Positions 42,101-50,716 of a DNA stretch of 64,000 bases are shown in pieces. The position numbers and the translations under genes are program-made. Location: the NCBI RefSeq assembly GCF_037042905.1, contig NC_087249.1, positions 16,492,001 through 16,556,000 of the forward strand, read 5' to 3'. The notes beneath the pieces are model-generated. The model worked only from the letters and a program-made list of their open reading frames with translations. It had not been told where the DNA came from and made no database searches. The stretch is from Lytechinus pictus. Its lineage: Eukaryota. Position 1 is the stretch's first letter. Each line of letters starts with the position of its first letter.

Positions 42101-42553
42101 CGTTCTGCGCGAGTTGAATCAGCTAAATCGGAGTCGCCGACCGAAACATAATTCTGCACAAATAAGAGTTTAAGACAAAAGCAAGGAAAAACTGATTTTC
42201 GCAGATACGATGCGTAGAAATTAGGTGGTCGATAATTAAGGGGTAGGGCCTATATAGCTCCACCCATACTGAGTGCCCCCCCCCCCCCGGCCCGACAAAG
42301 ACAAGTCACAAAGTCCAGAATTGAAACTCATGTCATGAAAAAAAAGGCAGAATGAGAATCCCAGATCCAGATCTAACGTTAATAGCGATCTAGGCCTACC
42401 TAATTGCGTGTGAAAATTATTTTGACACTCCTGATGAAGACTTACCAATGGTTCTGATTCTTGAGACCATTCATACGGAAAGAAAAGATCGTATAAGATT
42501 GTTTCCTCTTCCTCCTGTCCTTGATTCTGTGTCACCTCATCAGCAGACGCCAT
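59..42553 (-). CDS. NBAS: NBAS / neuroblastoma-amplified sequence orthologue (NRZ tethering complex subunit, ER-associated NMD factor); 36 coding exons in window, 3' part outside window
   Basis: Manually spliced GT-AG exons keep one frame for 1318 codons. Peptides match human NBAS as recalled: EEETILYDL, PKDSHPQWRQVSWS, SAELLVINY, LARCSGA, KRSWVLHECL, LTLEQRELCRCR, NFPETTPP, SIDLVLSAAREYFNSS. Confidence 0.97.
634..713 (-). CDS. NBAS: NBAS exon 35
   Basis: VRLCEDRLELVEKVITSSKSSCTNSEK. Confidence 0.92.
881..996. repeat. Imperfect (GAT)n microsatellite
   Basis: Direct reading; source of the poly-Met ORF 845..1045. Confidence 0.9.
1298..1645 (-). mobile_element. Decayed tRNA-derived SINE inserted in a small MITE
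   Basis: Reverse match to the 6261 SINE core (CATCCTACTGGGTACCCATTT..GGTGGAGAGTGGCAAA). Confidence 0.75.
1822..1934 (-). CDS. NBAS: NBAS exon 34
   Basis: SCLQLITDCPSRIQDELDLITSLALLDDFSTSILPLQ. Confidence 0.94.
2549..2772 (-). CDS. NBAS: NBAS exon 33
   Basis: IFTESLLGSG...YERSIDLVLSAAREYFNSSANLLDTTMELAR. Confidence 0.94.
3210..3312 (-). CDS. NBAS: NBAS exon 32
   Basis: KPPKKEWEWNKLGKDMQELRRIVYTCLTATQCQE. Confidence 0.92.
3920..4105 (-). CDS. NBAS: NBAS exon 31
   Basis: LEELEGHLQAVEILANHG...VKDTQSDEDAASKLMVRLAR. Confidence 0.93.
4651..4784 (-). CDS. NBAS: NBAS exon 30
   Basis: SPEPIIRKKSDLLSLAQRCIYACEKDNQL. Confidence 0.92.
5179..5226 (-). CDS. NBAS: NBAS exon 29
   Basis: EDLYKCQLILENSKHT. 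Confidence 0.87.
5507..5732 (+). mobile_element. tRNA-derived SINE (internally deleted)
   Basis: TGGTCGAGTGG A box, GGTTTGATTCC B box, ...GAATGGGCACCCAGTAGG core. Confidence 0.75.
5969..6094 (-). CDS. NBAS: NBAS exon 28
   Basis: SPCETYVKDVKRWVVPFLQRCEEDSPG...LSLAK. Confidence 0.93.
6261..6612 (+). mobile_element. tRNA-derived SINE (full length)
   Basis: A box TGGTGTAGCGG 6271-6281; B box GTTCGAATCC 6316-6325; core CCACTCTCCACCCAGGTG..AATGGGTACC; (ATT)n tail. Confidence 0.85.
6749..6883 (-). CDS. NBAS: NBAS exon 27
   Basis: ELESLHHDLLTLEVLSYECQTDPDLTLASLKKL. Confidence 0.92.
7202..7252 (-). CDS. NBAS: NBAS exon 26
   Basis: VDNALSLVRLAMERNIP. Confidence 0.93.
7640..8292. repeat. ~125-bp degenerate tandem array containing the 3' half and donor of NBAS exon 25
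   Basis: TTCAC..CTGTCTGGATTCATCTTCAATGA units at 7724, 7864, 7989, ~8115 (degenerate) and 8240. Confidence 0.85.
8250..8328 (-). CDS. NBAS: NBAS exon 25
   Basis: CEAMSKKLLTDWVIHRAMVIEDESRQ; TAG/GTATGG; only complete copy among several partial duplicates. Confidence 0.89.
8288..10423. repeat. ~510-bp tandem duplication; left copy interrupted by the L2
   Basis: 8289-8460 matches 9916-10087 and 9578-9913 matches 10088-10423; no differences seen by eye. Confidence 0.92.
8470..9577 (+). mobile_element. 5'-truncated L2-clade LINE (RT C-terminal half, one frameshift near 8685, (TTA)n tail)
   Basis: GVPQGSVVGPLLFLLY, YADDTQIY, KDLGVTLD, HLDYCNSL, HITPILRSLHWLP, RAFSVIAPTLWNKLP; stop at 9465; tail 9553-9576. 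Confidence 0.93.
10039..11031 (-). mobile_element. DINE-1/HINE-like (Helentron-associated) non-autonomous element with internal ~163-bp tandem repeats
   Basis: 13-bp subterminal IRs GTCTCGCCTGCAT (10061-10073) / ATGCAGGCGAGAC (11014-11026); partial IR 11001-11007; (GCC/GTC) microsatellite; ~4 TGACCTTTGACC-containing units; T-run termini. Confidence 0.7.
11305..11460 (-). CDS. NBAS: NBAS exon 24
   Basis: YSWDQDQHRDQDWCEGPDC...FLYEDSPELSKFR. Confidence 0.91.
12258..12394 (-). CDS. NBAS: NBAS exon 23
   Basis: DSDWKALEIMFTYHGKDVLPHWLMILNNFPETTPPTEYKTLLPEA. Confidence 0.94.
13056..13160 (-). CDS. NBAS: NBAS exon 22
   Basis: EILGGGESALRAYNEKDFEKFRSENIVEAAVRMAR. Confidence 0.92.
13715..13793 (-). 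CDS. NBAS: NBAS exon 21
   Basis: LTLEQRELCRCRTRLLGYLDRLKTYE. Confidence 0.94.
14505..14675 (-). CDS. NBAS: NBAS exon 20 (acidic/charged)
   Basis: FILCSDDDIELE...KKKEKRDKLLAQVDFSK. Confidence 0.91.
14974..15046 (-). mobile_element. SINE tRNA-like head fragment
   Basis: Minus strand GGAAGCGTCGTGGTCTGGTGGTTCTGAC...GGGTTTGAATCCC, similar to the 6261 head. Confidence 0.65.
15054..15205 (-). CDS. NBAS: NBAS exon 19
   Basis: SKITKRSWVLHECLDRIPDDIDAARELLLYGLRGTDLQAL. Confidence 0.94.
15595..15720 (-). CDS. NBAS: NBAS exon 18
   Basis: IQNEEYGEALALSQRFGLDSDLVYQTQWRKSRVSLASIQDYL. Confidence 0.94.
16311..16380 (-). CDS. NBAS: NBAS exon 17
   Basis: VTHRTYCLLSIQKTTPDELFLRK. Confidence 0.92.
17475..17530 (-). 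CDS. NBAS: NBAS exon 16
   Basis: VMYYVTESERFQPPRKKPR. Confidence 0.93.
17904..18068 (-). CDS. NBAS: NBAS exon 15 (acidic linker)
   Basis: CESRSVPMKRPR...DDEEDDDDDDEDAPLLTKTAKYMKE. Confidence 0.9.
18398..18541 (-). CDS. NBAS: NBAS exon 14
   Basis: AIILARCSGAVAVCSVANLSNLLGTSCEWLAPAPRVT. Confidence 0.94.
18867..19654. mobile_element. Non-autonomous hAT-like element nested in an older long-TIR MITE (18599-19787)
   Basis: 14-bp TIR TAGGGACAGTGATT / AATCACTGTCCCTA; direct repeat TAAGGC on both sides; subterminal AAACGGAA repeats. Confidence 0.8.
20029..20402. repeat. Near-perfect inverted repeat (~160-bp arms, ~48-bp spacer) centred on a small MITE (20138-20295)
   Basis: 20029-20192 is the reverse complement of 20241-20402 with few mismatches. 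Confidence 0.9.
20600..20649 (-). CDS. NBAS: NBAS exon 13
   Basis: GASFSNLLIDINFWSEE. Confidence 0.89.
21411..21471 (-). CDS. NBAS: NBAS exon 12
   Basis: PGFNETNPNILVPMRKKAND. Confidence 0.86.
22029..23114. mobile_element. Non-autonomous Tc1/mariner-like element
   Basis: 18-bp TIR CAGTCAGTCCGCAAGCCC / GGGCTTGCGGACTGACTG; TA on the right, TG on the left. Confidence 0.75.
23581..23709 (-). CDS. NBAS: NBAS exon 11
   Basis: DGIYRMCLSPKGSCLVTAHQSGLLCLWDVPSLRRKRAWPLEDQ. Confidence 0.93.
24660..25265 (+). mobile_element. Decayed LINE 3' fragment nested in the MULE
   Basis: KASPLVIFKRLL..KYL resembles a CR1/L2-group ORF2 C-terminus; ends in an AAATAAATAAAAA tail just before the FLYWCH segment. 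Confidence 0.4.
25282..27000 (+). pseudogene. Decayed intron-containing FLYWCH + MULE transposase
   Basis: FIYWRCSNRRVCSGTLIT...HSHP (FLYWCH-like); LYVDGTFGTAPPLSMQLYTIH; PLVYAILT/GKTVQMYTELF joined across a GT-AG intron (~26323-26856); frameshifts present. Confidence 0.82.
28424..28495 (-). CDS. NBAS: NBAS exon 10
   Basis: VGASRKLFRRMTTVNNIFMRSQKQ; TAG/GTAAC, phase 0-0. Confidence 0.82.
29213..29450 (-). CDS. NBAS: NBAS exon 9
   Basis: HTFQFGSHYPQGI...GLTAWRVLSIPPYYKLV. Confidence 0.94.
29965..30021 (-). CDS. NBAS: NBAS exon 8
   Basis: SAELLVINYHGSLDSYLVS. Confidence 0.93.
30414..30502 (-). CDS. NBAS: NBAS exon 7
   Basis: SKPQPPDSPVDFSCAVASLLFTDYKQTAQW. Confidence 0.9.
30583..31175. mobile_element. 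TTAA-TSD MITE
   Basis: TTAA|AGGGGAATCCAAACC ... GGTTGGATCCCCCT|TTAA. Confidence 0.75.
31986..32119 (-). CDS. NBAS: NBAS exon 6
   Basis: VPKDSHPQWRQVSWSPDWSLVACSDSRGNIRTFDLFGTLLFTIER. Confidence 0.94.
32472..32867. mobile_element. TTAA-TSD MITE (degenerate)
   Basis: TTAA|AGGTAAAAAGACAGT ... ACTGGTATTTATCT|TTAA. Confidence 0.55.
33700..33857 (+). mobile_element. SINE 3' fragment
   Basis: ATGGGTACCCGGTAGGA core, GCGC...GCGCTTTACAAAT, (ATT)n tail. Confidence 0.65.
33897..33988 (-). CDS. NBAS: NBAS exon 5
   Basis: DGNLVAVLQDTCIEVRSSRDNFQSCVCKCQ. Confidence 0.92.
34420..34933 (+). mobile_element. RTE-clade LINE 3' fragment containing an 80-bp perfect tandem duplication
   Basis: WQPNGRRKRGSPKHTWRRTFLKDLE...IANDRPRW; TAAG-type tail; duplication 34436-34598. 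Confidence 0.75.
34943..35023 (-). CDS. NBAS: NBAS exon 4
   Basis: SLPATLIRLVNSQISWHIATAS. Confidence 0.9.
35855..35897 (-). CDS. NBAS: NBAS exon 3
   Basis: RSLWTFVRSTGIPLG; CAG/GTAAG; phase fits. Confidence 0.78.
36283..36444. mobile_element. ~160-bp MITE, copy 1
   Basis: Near-identical to 38237-38401; GGGG..CATGAAA / GATGAAACACCCCC termini. Confidence 0.75.
36620..36683 (-). CDS. NBAS: NBAS exon 2
   Basis: TSVIAEKPRGSLVGKVSSATA; AG/GTGAG; phase fits but sequence poorly conserved. Confidence 0.75.
38237..38401. mobile_element. ~160-bp MITE, copy 2
   Basis: CCTGGGGAG ... CTCCCCAGG TIR; a fragment of the family also lies near 3814. Confidence 0.75.
39230..40020. repeat. Purine-rich (A/G) low-complexity tract
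   Basis: Almost exclusively A/G; source of the spurious F/S/L-rich minus-strand ORFs. Confidence 0.9.
40510..41663. mobile_element. TTAA-flanked long-TIR MITE (Kolobok-type termini AGG...CCT)
   Basis: TTAA-AGGTAAAGTCCACCCC / GGGGTAGACTTTTCCT; related copy at ~63515-64000. Confidence 0.75.
40982..41534. mobile_element. TTAA-TSD foldback MITE nested in the 40510 element
   Basis: TTAA|AGGGATGGTCTGGGCTGAAA ... TTTCAGCCCTGACCATCCCT|TTAA; same family as 58944-59527. Confidence 0.88.
42446..42553 (-). CDS. NBAS: NBAS coding exon 1
   Basis: ATG at 42553; MASADEVTQNQGQEEEETILYDLFFPYEWSQESEPL; donor GTAAG. Confidence 0.93.
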
Positions 42554-42600
42554 TTCAACACGTCACGTCATCATAGCTTACGGCCGGTATACGTGAAATC
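42547..42600 (-). promoter_or_regulatory. NBAS start-proximal region: YY1-like AAATGGCG over the ATG and tandem TGACGTG (CRE/UPRE-like)
   Basis: Minus strand reads ATGATGACGTGACGTGTTGAAATGGCG; locally CpG-rich. Confidence 0.35.
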
Positions 42601-43333
42601 GAATATGTGGGTCTGTTTCACTAATGAAGATATCAACCTATTAAAATAGTTCAGGTTCCTTTCTGTGTGGCCGTACTAGTAGTGAATTACAGATCTATCA
42701 TATTTTTTCCAGATGGGGGAGGGGGTAGTGTTAATCGTCTTCGATCTATTTATTCATTTTTTTTTTTTTGGGGGGGGGGGGACAAACGGATACAAGGTCA
42801 ATTAAGTATACCCAGTTGTTGTGTGTCCGGACAGGTTGTGTGTCCGGACGATCAATTATAGGAAGTCATAATTGAAGAAATCTACAGGCGAAGTTTCATC
42901 AATTTTTAGTACAAAATGTAGGAAATATTATAGAGAACAAAATCGAAGATGATTGCAACTATTGAATTCATATTTTTAGGGTAATCCAAAGACAAAAAAG
43001 AAGGCTTCAAAAATATAAAGTGTCCGGACACCCGATCCCCCATCCTACCCGATGCGTTTATGCCCAGGAGGGCCCTGCATCGTATACATCCAGATTCAGA
43101 TCCAGACAAGACATTACAAATACAAATACTACATGTATGTCTATAACAAAAATTACAATTATTATTATCGCTATAAAAGTAAGGGAAACAGAAATTTAAA
43201 AATATTGTATTAAACAAAGGAAAATCAGGTTGCATTCTCAATGAGAGGGAGAAAAAAAAATCTACCTCCTAGCTTTGATCGGTAAGGATCCAAAAGGATG
43301 GGTTCCCCCTTGAAAAATATTTGCTTTGTCTAA

Positions 43334-43744
43334 GGGCGACCGCACACCTTGCGATTGGTCTGCGACTCAATTTTGGAATAAAACGTAGTAGAATTTGATG
43401 CCTTATATTGAGACTTGGAATATCTTACTGTGTAATGTTCGAAATCATCGTACGATATCTATATTTAAATCTGTGACTATGCTATCATCCTTCTTAGAAT
43501 AAAAACAAATTTAATATCTAGTCGTAATGACGTCATAGCAGTCGTACGATTGGCTACGATTTGAAACTAATTTGGCCTTTACTCCAAAATAGAGGCTTAC
43601 AATCTTACAAAATGGTTATATTGGTATTCAATTAATTTTAACCTCAAATAAAATGATATGTTCCATTCACATTTTAAGAAAATTAGCAAAATGCAATTTG
43701 TTCCAAAATCGGATCGCGAACAGTCGTAAGGTGTGCGGTGGCCT
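43334..43744. mobile_element. MITE with TTAA-like flanks
   Basis: ACCGCACACCTTGCGA / TCGTAAGGTGTGCGGT inverted termini. Confidence 0.7.
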
Positions 43745-44199
43745 TTAAACGACTAGGGGAGGTGCCATATGCCAGGTGTCGTGCTCTCCGGTGGCCGGGG
43801 TTCCAATTCGTCCCATGGGCGGAAATCTCTCCTTGAAGGTAGGGGGGACACAATTAAATTGAGTTTTCCGTTTTTATGCTCTACAGAAATACTAACTCAA
43901 GTACACACACACCCTCTCAAACACACATATATATATATATATGTATATGATGCTGTTTTGTGCGCGGTTCCATGACTACCACAATCATGCATGAATGTTA
44001 TTATTTCAGTTCTTGTCTCTGTGAGCTTTATTGTATCCCTGAGGAAGACGTTTAACGTCGAAAATTTGGAATTCAAAATAAACTGTTGGAACAAAGTATG
44101 CATTACCACTTTGCCTCATTAATATATATATGTATATATATATTTCGACGAGGGGACAGGTATTCCTAACTAAAGATGAAAGGCCTCAATAAATAATGC

Positions 44200-45860
44200 A
44201 AGCCCAAATATGTTGATATTTCATAAATTGTGATCTGGAAATTGAACATTCTGAACATTTTTTTATGATCATGAACTAGATTCGAACCTACCTTAACAAT
44301 TAATGCGCTTCGCTTAAAAATTTTTGATTTTCCAACCTAAAAACTAGAAATTCGTAACACTTTTTCAAATCATGTACAGAATAAGAATTCAACTAAATAA
44401 TAGATGCGAGCGCGAGCTGAAAGTTTTTGATTTTTCAACCTTGATACTAAACATTCTTAGTACTTAAAAAAAATCATGAACAGGATAGGAATCTAAACAA
44501 TTAATGCAAGCGCGAAGCAAGAGGTGAAAGTATTTGATTTTCCAACCTAAAAACTGGACATTCTTAACAGCTTTATAAAAATCATGAACAGGATAGGAAT
44601 CTAATAAAATAATGCTAGCGCGCTGAAGGTTTTTGATTTTCCAACTTAAAAACTGGACATTCGTAACACTTTTTCAAATCATGAACAGGATAGGAATCTA
44701 ATCAATTTATGCGAGCGCGGAGCGCGAGCTGAAAGTTTTTGATTTTTGAACCTTGATACTAGACATTCTTAGTACTTAAAAAATTATGAACAGTATATAG
44801 GAATATAAACAATTAATGCGAGCGCGAAGCAAGAGGTGAAAGTATTTGATTTTCCAACCTAAAAACTGGACATTCTTAACAGCTTTATAAAAATCATAAA
44901 CAGGATAGGAATCTAATAAAATAATGCTAGCGCGAAACGCGACCTGAAGGTTTTTGATTTTCCAACTTAAAAACTGGACATTCGTAACCCTTTTTCAAAT
45001 CATGAACAGGATAGGAATCTAATCAATTTATGCGAGCGCGAAGCGCGAGCTGAAAGTTTTTTATTTTCCAACCTAAAAACTGGACATTCATAGCACCTTA
45101 AAAAAATATGAACAGGATAAAAATCTAATCAATTTATGCGAGCGCGAAGCGCGAACTGAAAGTTTTTGATTTCCAACCTAAATACTGGACATTCTTAGTA
45201 CATTTTTTAAAATTATGAACAGGATAGGAATCTAAACAATTAATGCAGGCGCGAAGCGCGAGCTGAAAGTTTGTATTTTCCAACCTAAATACCGGACAAT
45301 CGTAACATTTTTTCAAATCATGAACAGGATAGGAATTTTACTAAACAATATTAGATTCGAGCGCGAAGTGTGTGCTAAAGATATGTCATTCCCAGCCTAA
45401 AAATTGGTATTATTAGCATATTTTAAAATCAAGGACAGGGTAGCTATCTAACAAAATTTTAATTAATGTGAGCGCGAAGCATATCCTGATTTTTTTCCCC
45501 GACCAAAACAGTCATCTTCTTTTCACCTTATAGCAATAAACAGGATAGTATCTGACTCAACCATATTACTGATGCGAGCGCGAAGCGCGAAATGATTTTT
45601 TTTTATATTCAGATCTGAAAACTGGATCATTCAAGCACTTTTGAAAGAAAGAACAAAGGCAGTTTATCTCAATAAGCAATGCGAGCGCAAAGCGCAAGCT
45701 ATTTTTTTGTTAAAGATTTAAACCTACAAATTATGAAAAAGATGGATATCTTCCTAAATAAATGATTTGACTTTATATATTTAGATCTAAAGAGTGAAAA
45801 AAAGCACGTTTTGAAATAAAGAGATGACTGTGTATTCATGGAAAACGCGAGCGATTTTTT
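44200..45860 (+). repeat. ~108-bp satellite array with GCGAGCGCGAAGCGCGAGC motif
   Basis: ~15 units of motif + TGAAAG..TTCCAACCTAAAAACTGGACATTC..ATCATGAACAGGATAGG. Confidence 0.88.
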
Positions 45861-47740
45861 TTATTTTTATACTATGACCTGAAAGTTTTATTTTTTCCAA
45901 TTATTCCCCTCCCCTTCCATCATTTAAGATTCTTCCTCGTCCTATCTTTCTTCTTGTTTTTATCCTCTCCTTCCTATTTTGTGCCGGCAATAGGGGGCGG
46001 GCTGCCGCTTCGCCCCCTTCATCTACCTATGGTGACCCCTCTCACGGCAGGAATTTTGTGGAAAAACGGAAAATAAAAGTCACGTTAATAGAGTATTTAA
46101 AAACAAATTTTGGGGGATTAAACATAGTAAGGATTAATCATAACTCATGAAAACTATTCTTTTTACTGAGTATACGCGAACAATGAAAATATTCTTATAT
46201 TCCAAGTATATTTGGAATAAAGGGAAAATGAATTGGTTTAACAAAGGTATGTTTTTACTGGGTATGGAACATTCTCGTTTACCATCTATGCACTAAATTT
46301 ACTTATAATTATCCAGAGGCAATTTTCTTTTTTCGTCATTTTTATTAGTTATGAAATTGACAATGGCCATCGATGTCATCAATGTCATCATTCTTTGGCT
46401 GGCATATAGGGCTAGATGCGAGTTCGAGAATAGACGGGCCGGTATGCCTTTTCTTTTCCTATCCCAGTTCTTAACAAAAACTATCTGTTTATATAGTTTT
46501 CGAAATTCGAGGATACATGTGTATAATTTCGATTTTGAATTATGTATTTTTTCCATAATAAAAGACCACAAATATTAGGGGGGACATTTGATATTATGCC
46601 CCCCCCCTTCCAAAATGGTAGGCATGGTAGGGGGACGCGTTCCCCCTGTCCCCCCTGGAATTTCCGCCCATGATTCGTCCAATTGCCAACTCGTCTACTA
46701 TTTTGGTCTCATCAGATTATCCACTATCCCAGGGGCGGGCCTGCCGGGGGCATAATGCCCCCCACACTTTTTGAAGCACTGAAAATTTTCCCTTTTTATG
46801 CAAGTAAAATGCCCCTCACGACTATAAGCCCCTTTTACCTGAGGGTGACCCGTTATTTAGGTGTGAGCAATTAGTGCCCCTTGTCTTCTTGTAACCCGTG
46901 CCCTTTCTCGAATCAGTGCCCCCTTTTTACTCAAGAAAAGTTCCCCTCACGAACGTGTTTTGTGCCCCTTTTACATGAGAAGGCCTTTTGTTGTTAACGA
47001 GCGCCACTTAACAAGAAAACAATATTCTCATTTTATATGTTACTACTTATGAAGGAAATATTGTAAGAATAATCAGACGTGCCTTAAGTTTCATGAGTCA
47101 TGTGAGTGGGGTAGATAAGCAGTGGCGTACAGATGGGGGCTCTTGCCCCCCCCCCCCCAAAAAAAAAAAAAAAAAAAAAAAAGACGGAGTAAGAAAAGGA
47201 AAGAGAGAATAATAATAATAATATCTTGTTGATCGCACACACCGCGTCCAGAGACGCTCATGGCGCTAGCCCAGCAACAGTTCCTTTATACAAACAACAA
47301 ATATTTAAAAAAAAAAAAATAGATCTTAAAAAATACAACCGAGTACATACTTTAAAAAAGAACAGTTTTGTATCACCCACCGGAATTCCTAGCTAGATCC
47401 TCGTAGGGGCTGGCGCCCTCCTACCTGCTGCAGTGCTGCTCCGTTCACCGACAATTTAAGGGGTAAAATATGATATTATTTTATGAATATTATGTCAAGG
47501 CTAGCTACCACAAAATTCGTTATAAAAATGTCAAAACTTTTGCTCGCTCGCAGCTACTTATTAATTTTTCGTGCTACGAAATATCTAGAACCCTCAACAA
47601 TTTTTTTTTGACTCATTACACCATTATATAGATAAGACATTTTTTTCCTTTGTTTTTAAGTGCCCTTTTCGAAAGAAAGGTGCCCTTCTTCCCCTGTGCC
47701 CCCCCCCCCAAATTCAACTTCGCTCCGCCGCCCCTCACCA

Positions 47741-48026
47741 GGCTGATTGCCAATTCGTCCACTCACCATCTTGTATGATAACCAGTTTGTCCATTAGCCA
47801 TAATTAGTCCATATAAATGAAAGTGAAATTGATAGACCAACTGGTTACGAGACGAAATGGTCATAGACGAAATGGTTATAGACGCGAGGTGATGATTGGA
47901 CCAAATGGTTATTGGACCAATGGTTCTTAGAAGAAATGTCGATGGACGGAATGGCATTATACACTTAACGAATGTAGATCATGCGGTGAGTGGACGAGAT
48001 GGCAGTAGACGAATTGGTAATTAACC
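47741..48026. mobile_element. Short foldback-type MITE with AGACCAA/AGACGAA subrepeats
   Basis: GGCTGATTGCCAATTCGTC / GACGAATTGGTAATTAACC termini; subrepeats resemble the MULE TIR arrays; no TSD found. Confidence 0.5.
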
Positions 48027-50716
48027 CTCTGAGGGAGTCTCTGCCATGATAAAAAAAAGTTTCCTAAACGACCGTACTGACGAATAATTTAAAATGATTT
48101 AAAGAAAAGACAATTAAGATGAAAAGAAATGTGTGCGTTTTACCATTGATTATTATAATTTTAAAACCTATCACAATTATTTTTCACAATTATTTTTTCT
48201 ATTTAAAAAAGGCAAAAATATTATTACTTGTGACTTAGAAATTCCCCTTAAACACACGCTGGCCATTCTGCGCCCCCTCAAATTCGTTTGGCTTAGTACG
48301 CTACTATTATACTCACGCCAGAATTAATGTCCTCCTTTTATGCTTTTTTTCTTACTTCACTTTATACTTCATTTCTCTTTGTATTACTATGCCTGTTCAT
48401 CTGTCCAAGAGAATAAACTGTATGCTCCACACGTTTTAAATTAACATGTTCAATAAATGAAACAAATGATGAATACCCCCCCCCCCCAAAAAAAAAAAAA
48501 GGGGGGGGGGTTGAGAGCAGAAAAGTACTGGTGCTTCGTTTATTGTGATGAGGATGCATGCTGACCGTCGGAGATGGATCCAACACTCTCAGTATTTTAG
48601 TTATGTCACGGCATGAGTTTAAGATGTCTGGATAAAATTACTGTTTGGATCGAATTTTCACTAGTAAAGCCTTGGATAGACTGGGGCAAGAAGGGGGTGG
48701 GGATGGCTTGAGGAAGCTGAATGTTTTCTCTCATGGTCTGCGCACTTCTCCTCCAAAAAAGCTCATAATATATTGGAATTTCAGGGTAAGATAAAATAAA
48801 CTTAATGTTACACTGCTTCCGATGCTGCCCTAGCTAGTTTCAACTATTTCTGTTCCCTGCAATCATACAGAATAGTGATAACAAAAATAAAATACAGTGG
48901 CTCTTAAAGGGATCAAATTAAGTTCACCCTGACAAAAAGCGGCTGTCAAAATACAAAATATAATGAAAAATACTAGTGAAGGTTTAAGAAAATCCATCGA
49001 TGATTAAAAAATTTGTTAGAATTTTCAGTTTCATACGAGCAGCTGCCCCAGTTATGTAATATGAAATTCATGAATTTCGATTTTCAATGGTCCATGATGC
49101 ATGGTGACTAACTTATTTTTTTCTTTTAGGAGAGTTAATTGTGAAATGATAATAGGAACAATAAAAACCAAACACGGCCCTATGTAATTATTTGTCTTCG
49201 ATTAAAGGGTCTTTAATTCGTGAGGGAATTTTCCGACGATGACTTTCTCTTCAACAAGTAAAATAATTTCAAGGATAACATTTTTCTATAACTTTTTAAC
49301 AAACTAAAAAAAAATCAGAGTTGTATAGCGCCATCAGAATAGAACACGAATCGATTTCCACAAATTAGGATTTAAATCATTTTTCCAAACAGCGAGCTAG
49401 CGTATATGGCTTGCATAATTATATACTAATAATAGTCAGAAGTGTCCTTTAAAAGTTATGCTGAACTAACGAAACAAACAGCTACTTCAGGCAAAAACGT
49501 AATAAATGGTGAATATAATGTAATTTAGAATGGGGTCATCTTTCCTTTTCAACTATATAGAGGAAGCTTGTCCCCCCGCCCTCGTGCAGTTTCAACTTCA
49601 CTCTACCGCCCGTGTTAAAAAATATCGGTGAAGATTTGAGGAAAATCCTTTAAAGATGAGAAAATTATTAGATTTGTTTTTAACTTAAAAGTTTTTATTT
49701 ATGACATCATATGCGAGCAGCTCCCTCAATGTTGTGAAAAATAAAATGAATAAATTAATTTTCTAATAGTTCATGATGAACTAAACCTTTTCCATTCAGG
49801 AGTGGGTGTGAAAGGATCTTTCTGTTGATATACTGAAGGCACAATAAAAAACATTTTGATTTTTTAAAGAGAAAATTAATTTTAATTTATTTTTTACCAC
49901 GCGGTATGGGGAGCTGTTCGTATGACGTGACAAATCAAAATATAAAAATTTTAATAACCTTTTTAAACTTTAATGGATTTCACTCGAACCTACACCAATA
50001 TTTTTTTCTGGTATTCTTACAACAAACTTTTCTTCAGGCTGACCCCCCCCCCCCCCCCCTCCTCTTTAAATCAAATAAAAGAGGTCAGAATGTTAAATTT
50101 TGAGGACAAAAGATATAGTTGGGACCGTGGGAATCATTTAGAATAGACAATTAGACAACATCCATATTTATATATAGCCTGCATGGTCGCCCTTGGATTA
50201 TAGCCCCTGAGCAGGCTTTACTGCCATAGAAAGAAACATATTTAATGAGTCAAGTTGAATTTTAAGGGCCTATTATTTGTATGGAAACACATACTTCACC
50301 CCGGGACTTCACTGAACATCAGAGATATGCTTTTGTAAAAAGTGATCGTTATTTTTGTGCATTATCAAATTGGCTAGTAGTGACCGATCAGACTGCTCGG
50401 TAGCAATCTACATTTTCAGTCAATAAAATTTGCTGACCTCGAAAATCAACTCATCCCTTTTTATGAACAGAACGTTTTGTTTCCTTTTTTATATAGTAAA
50501 CAATGTAAAAACCAAATTTCAAAATTTCAATACAACATAAAAAATTATTTTAAGCATATTTGATTTTGTAATTCTTATCTTATATAGATATGAAAATTGA
50601 AATAAGAAAATTTAGTTAAAAGCCCCGGCCAAGCCTAATTCGATCGATTACGCAATATTTACACTACACTCCTCGTCTGTTGTTTTCTTCTCATTTTTAG
50701 ACATTTCTCGATAAAC

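Noticed and set aside
59-42553. Non-canonical or U12-type introns in NBAS
   Set aside because: All 35 introns as modelled are GT-AG with no GTATCCTT-type donor; a few AAG and NAGNAG acceptors are unremarkable
44200-45860. Regularly spaced palindromic GC motif resembling a CRISPR array
   Set aside because: The intervening segments are homologous to each other, the context is eukaryotic and there are no cas genes; it is a satellite
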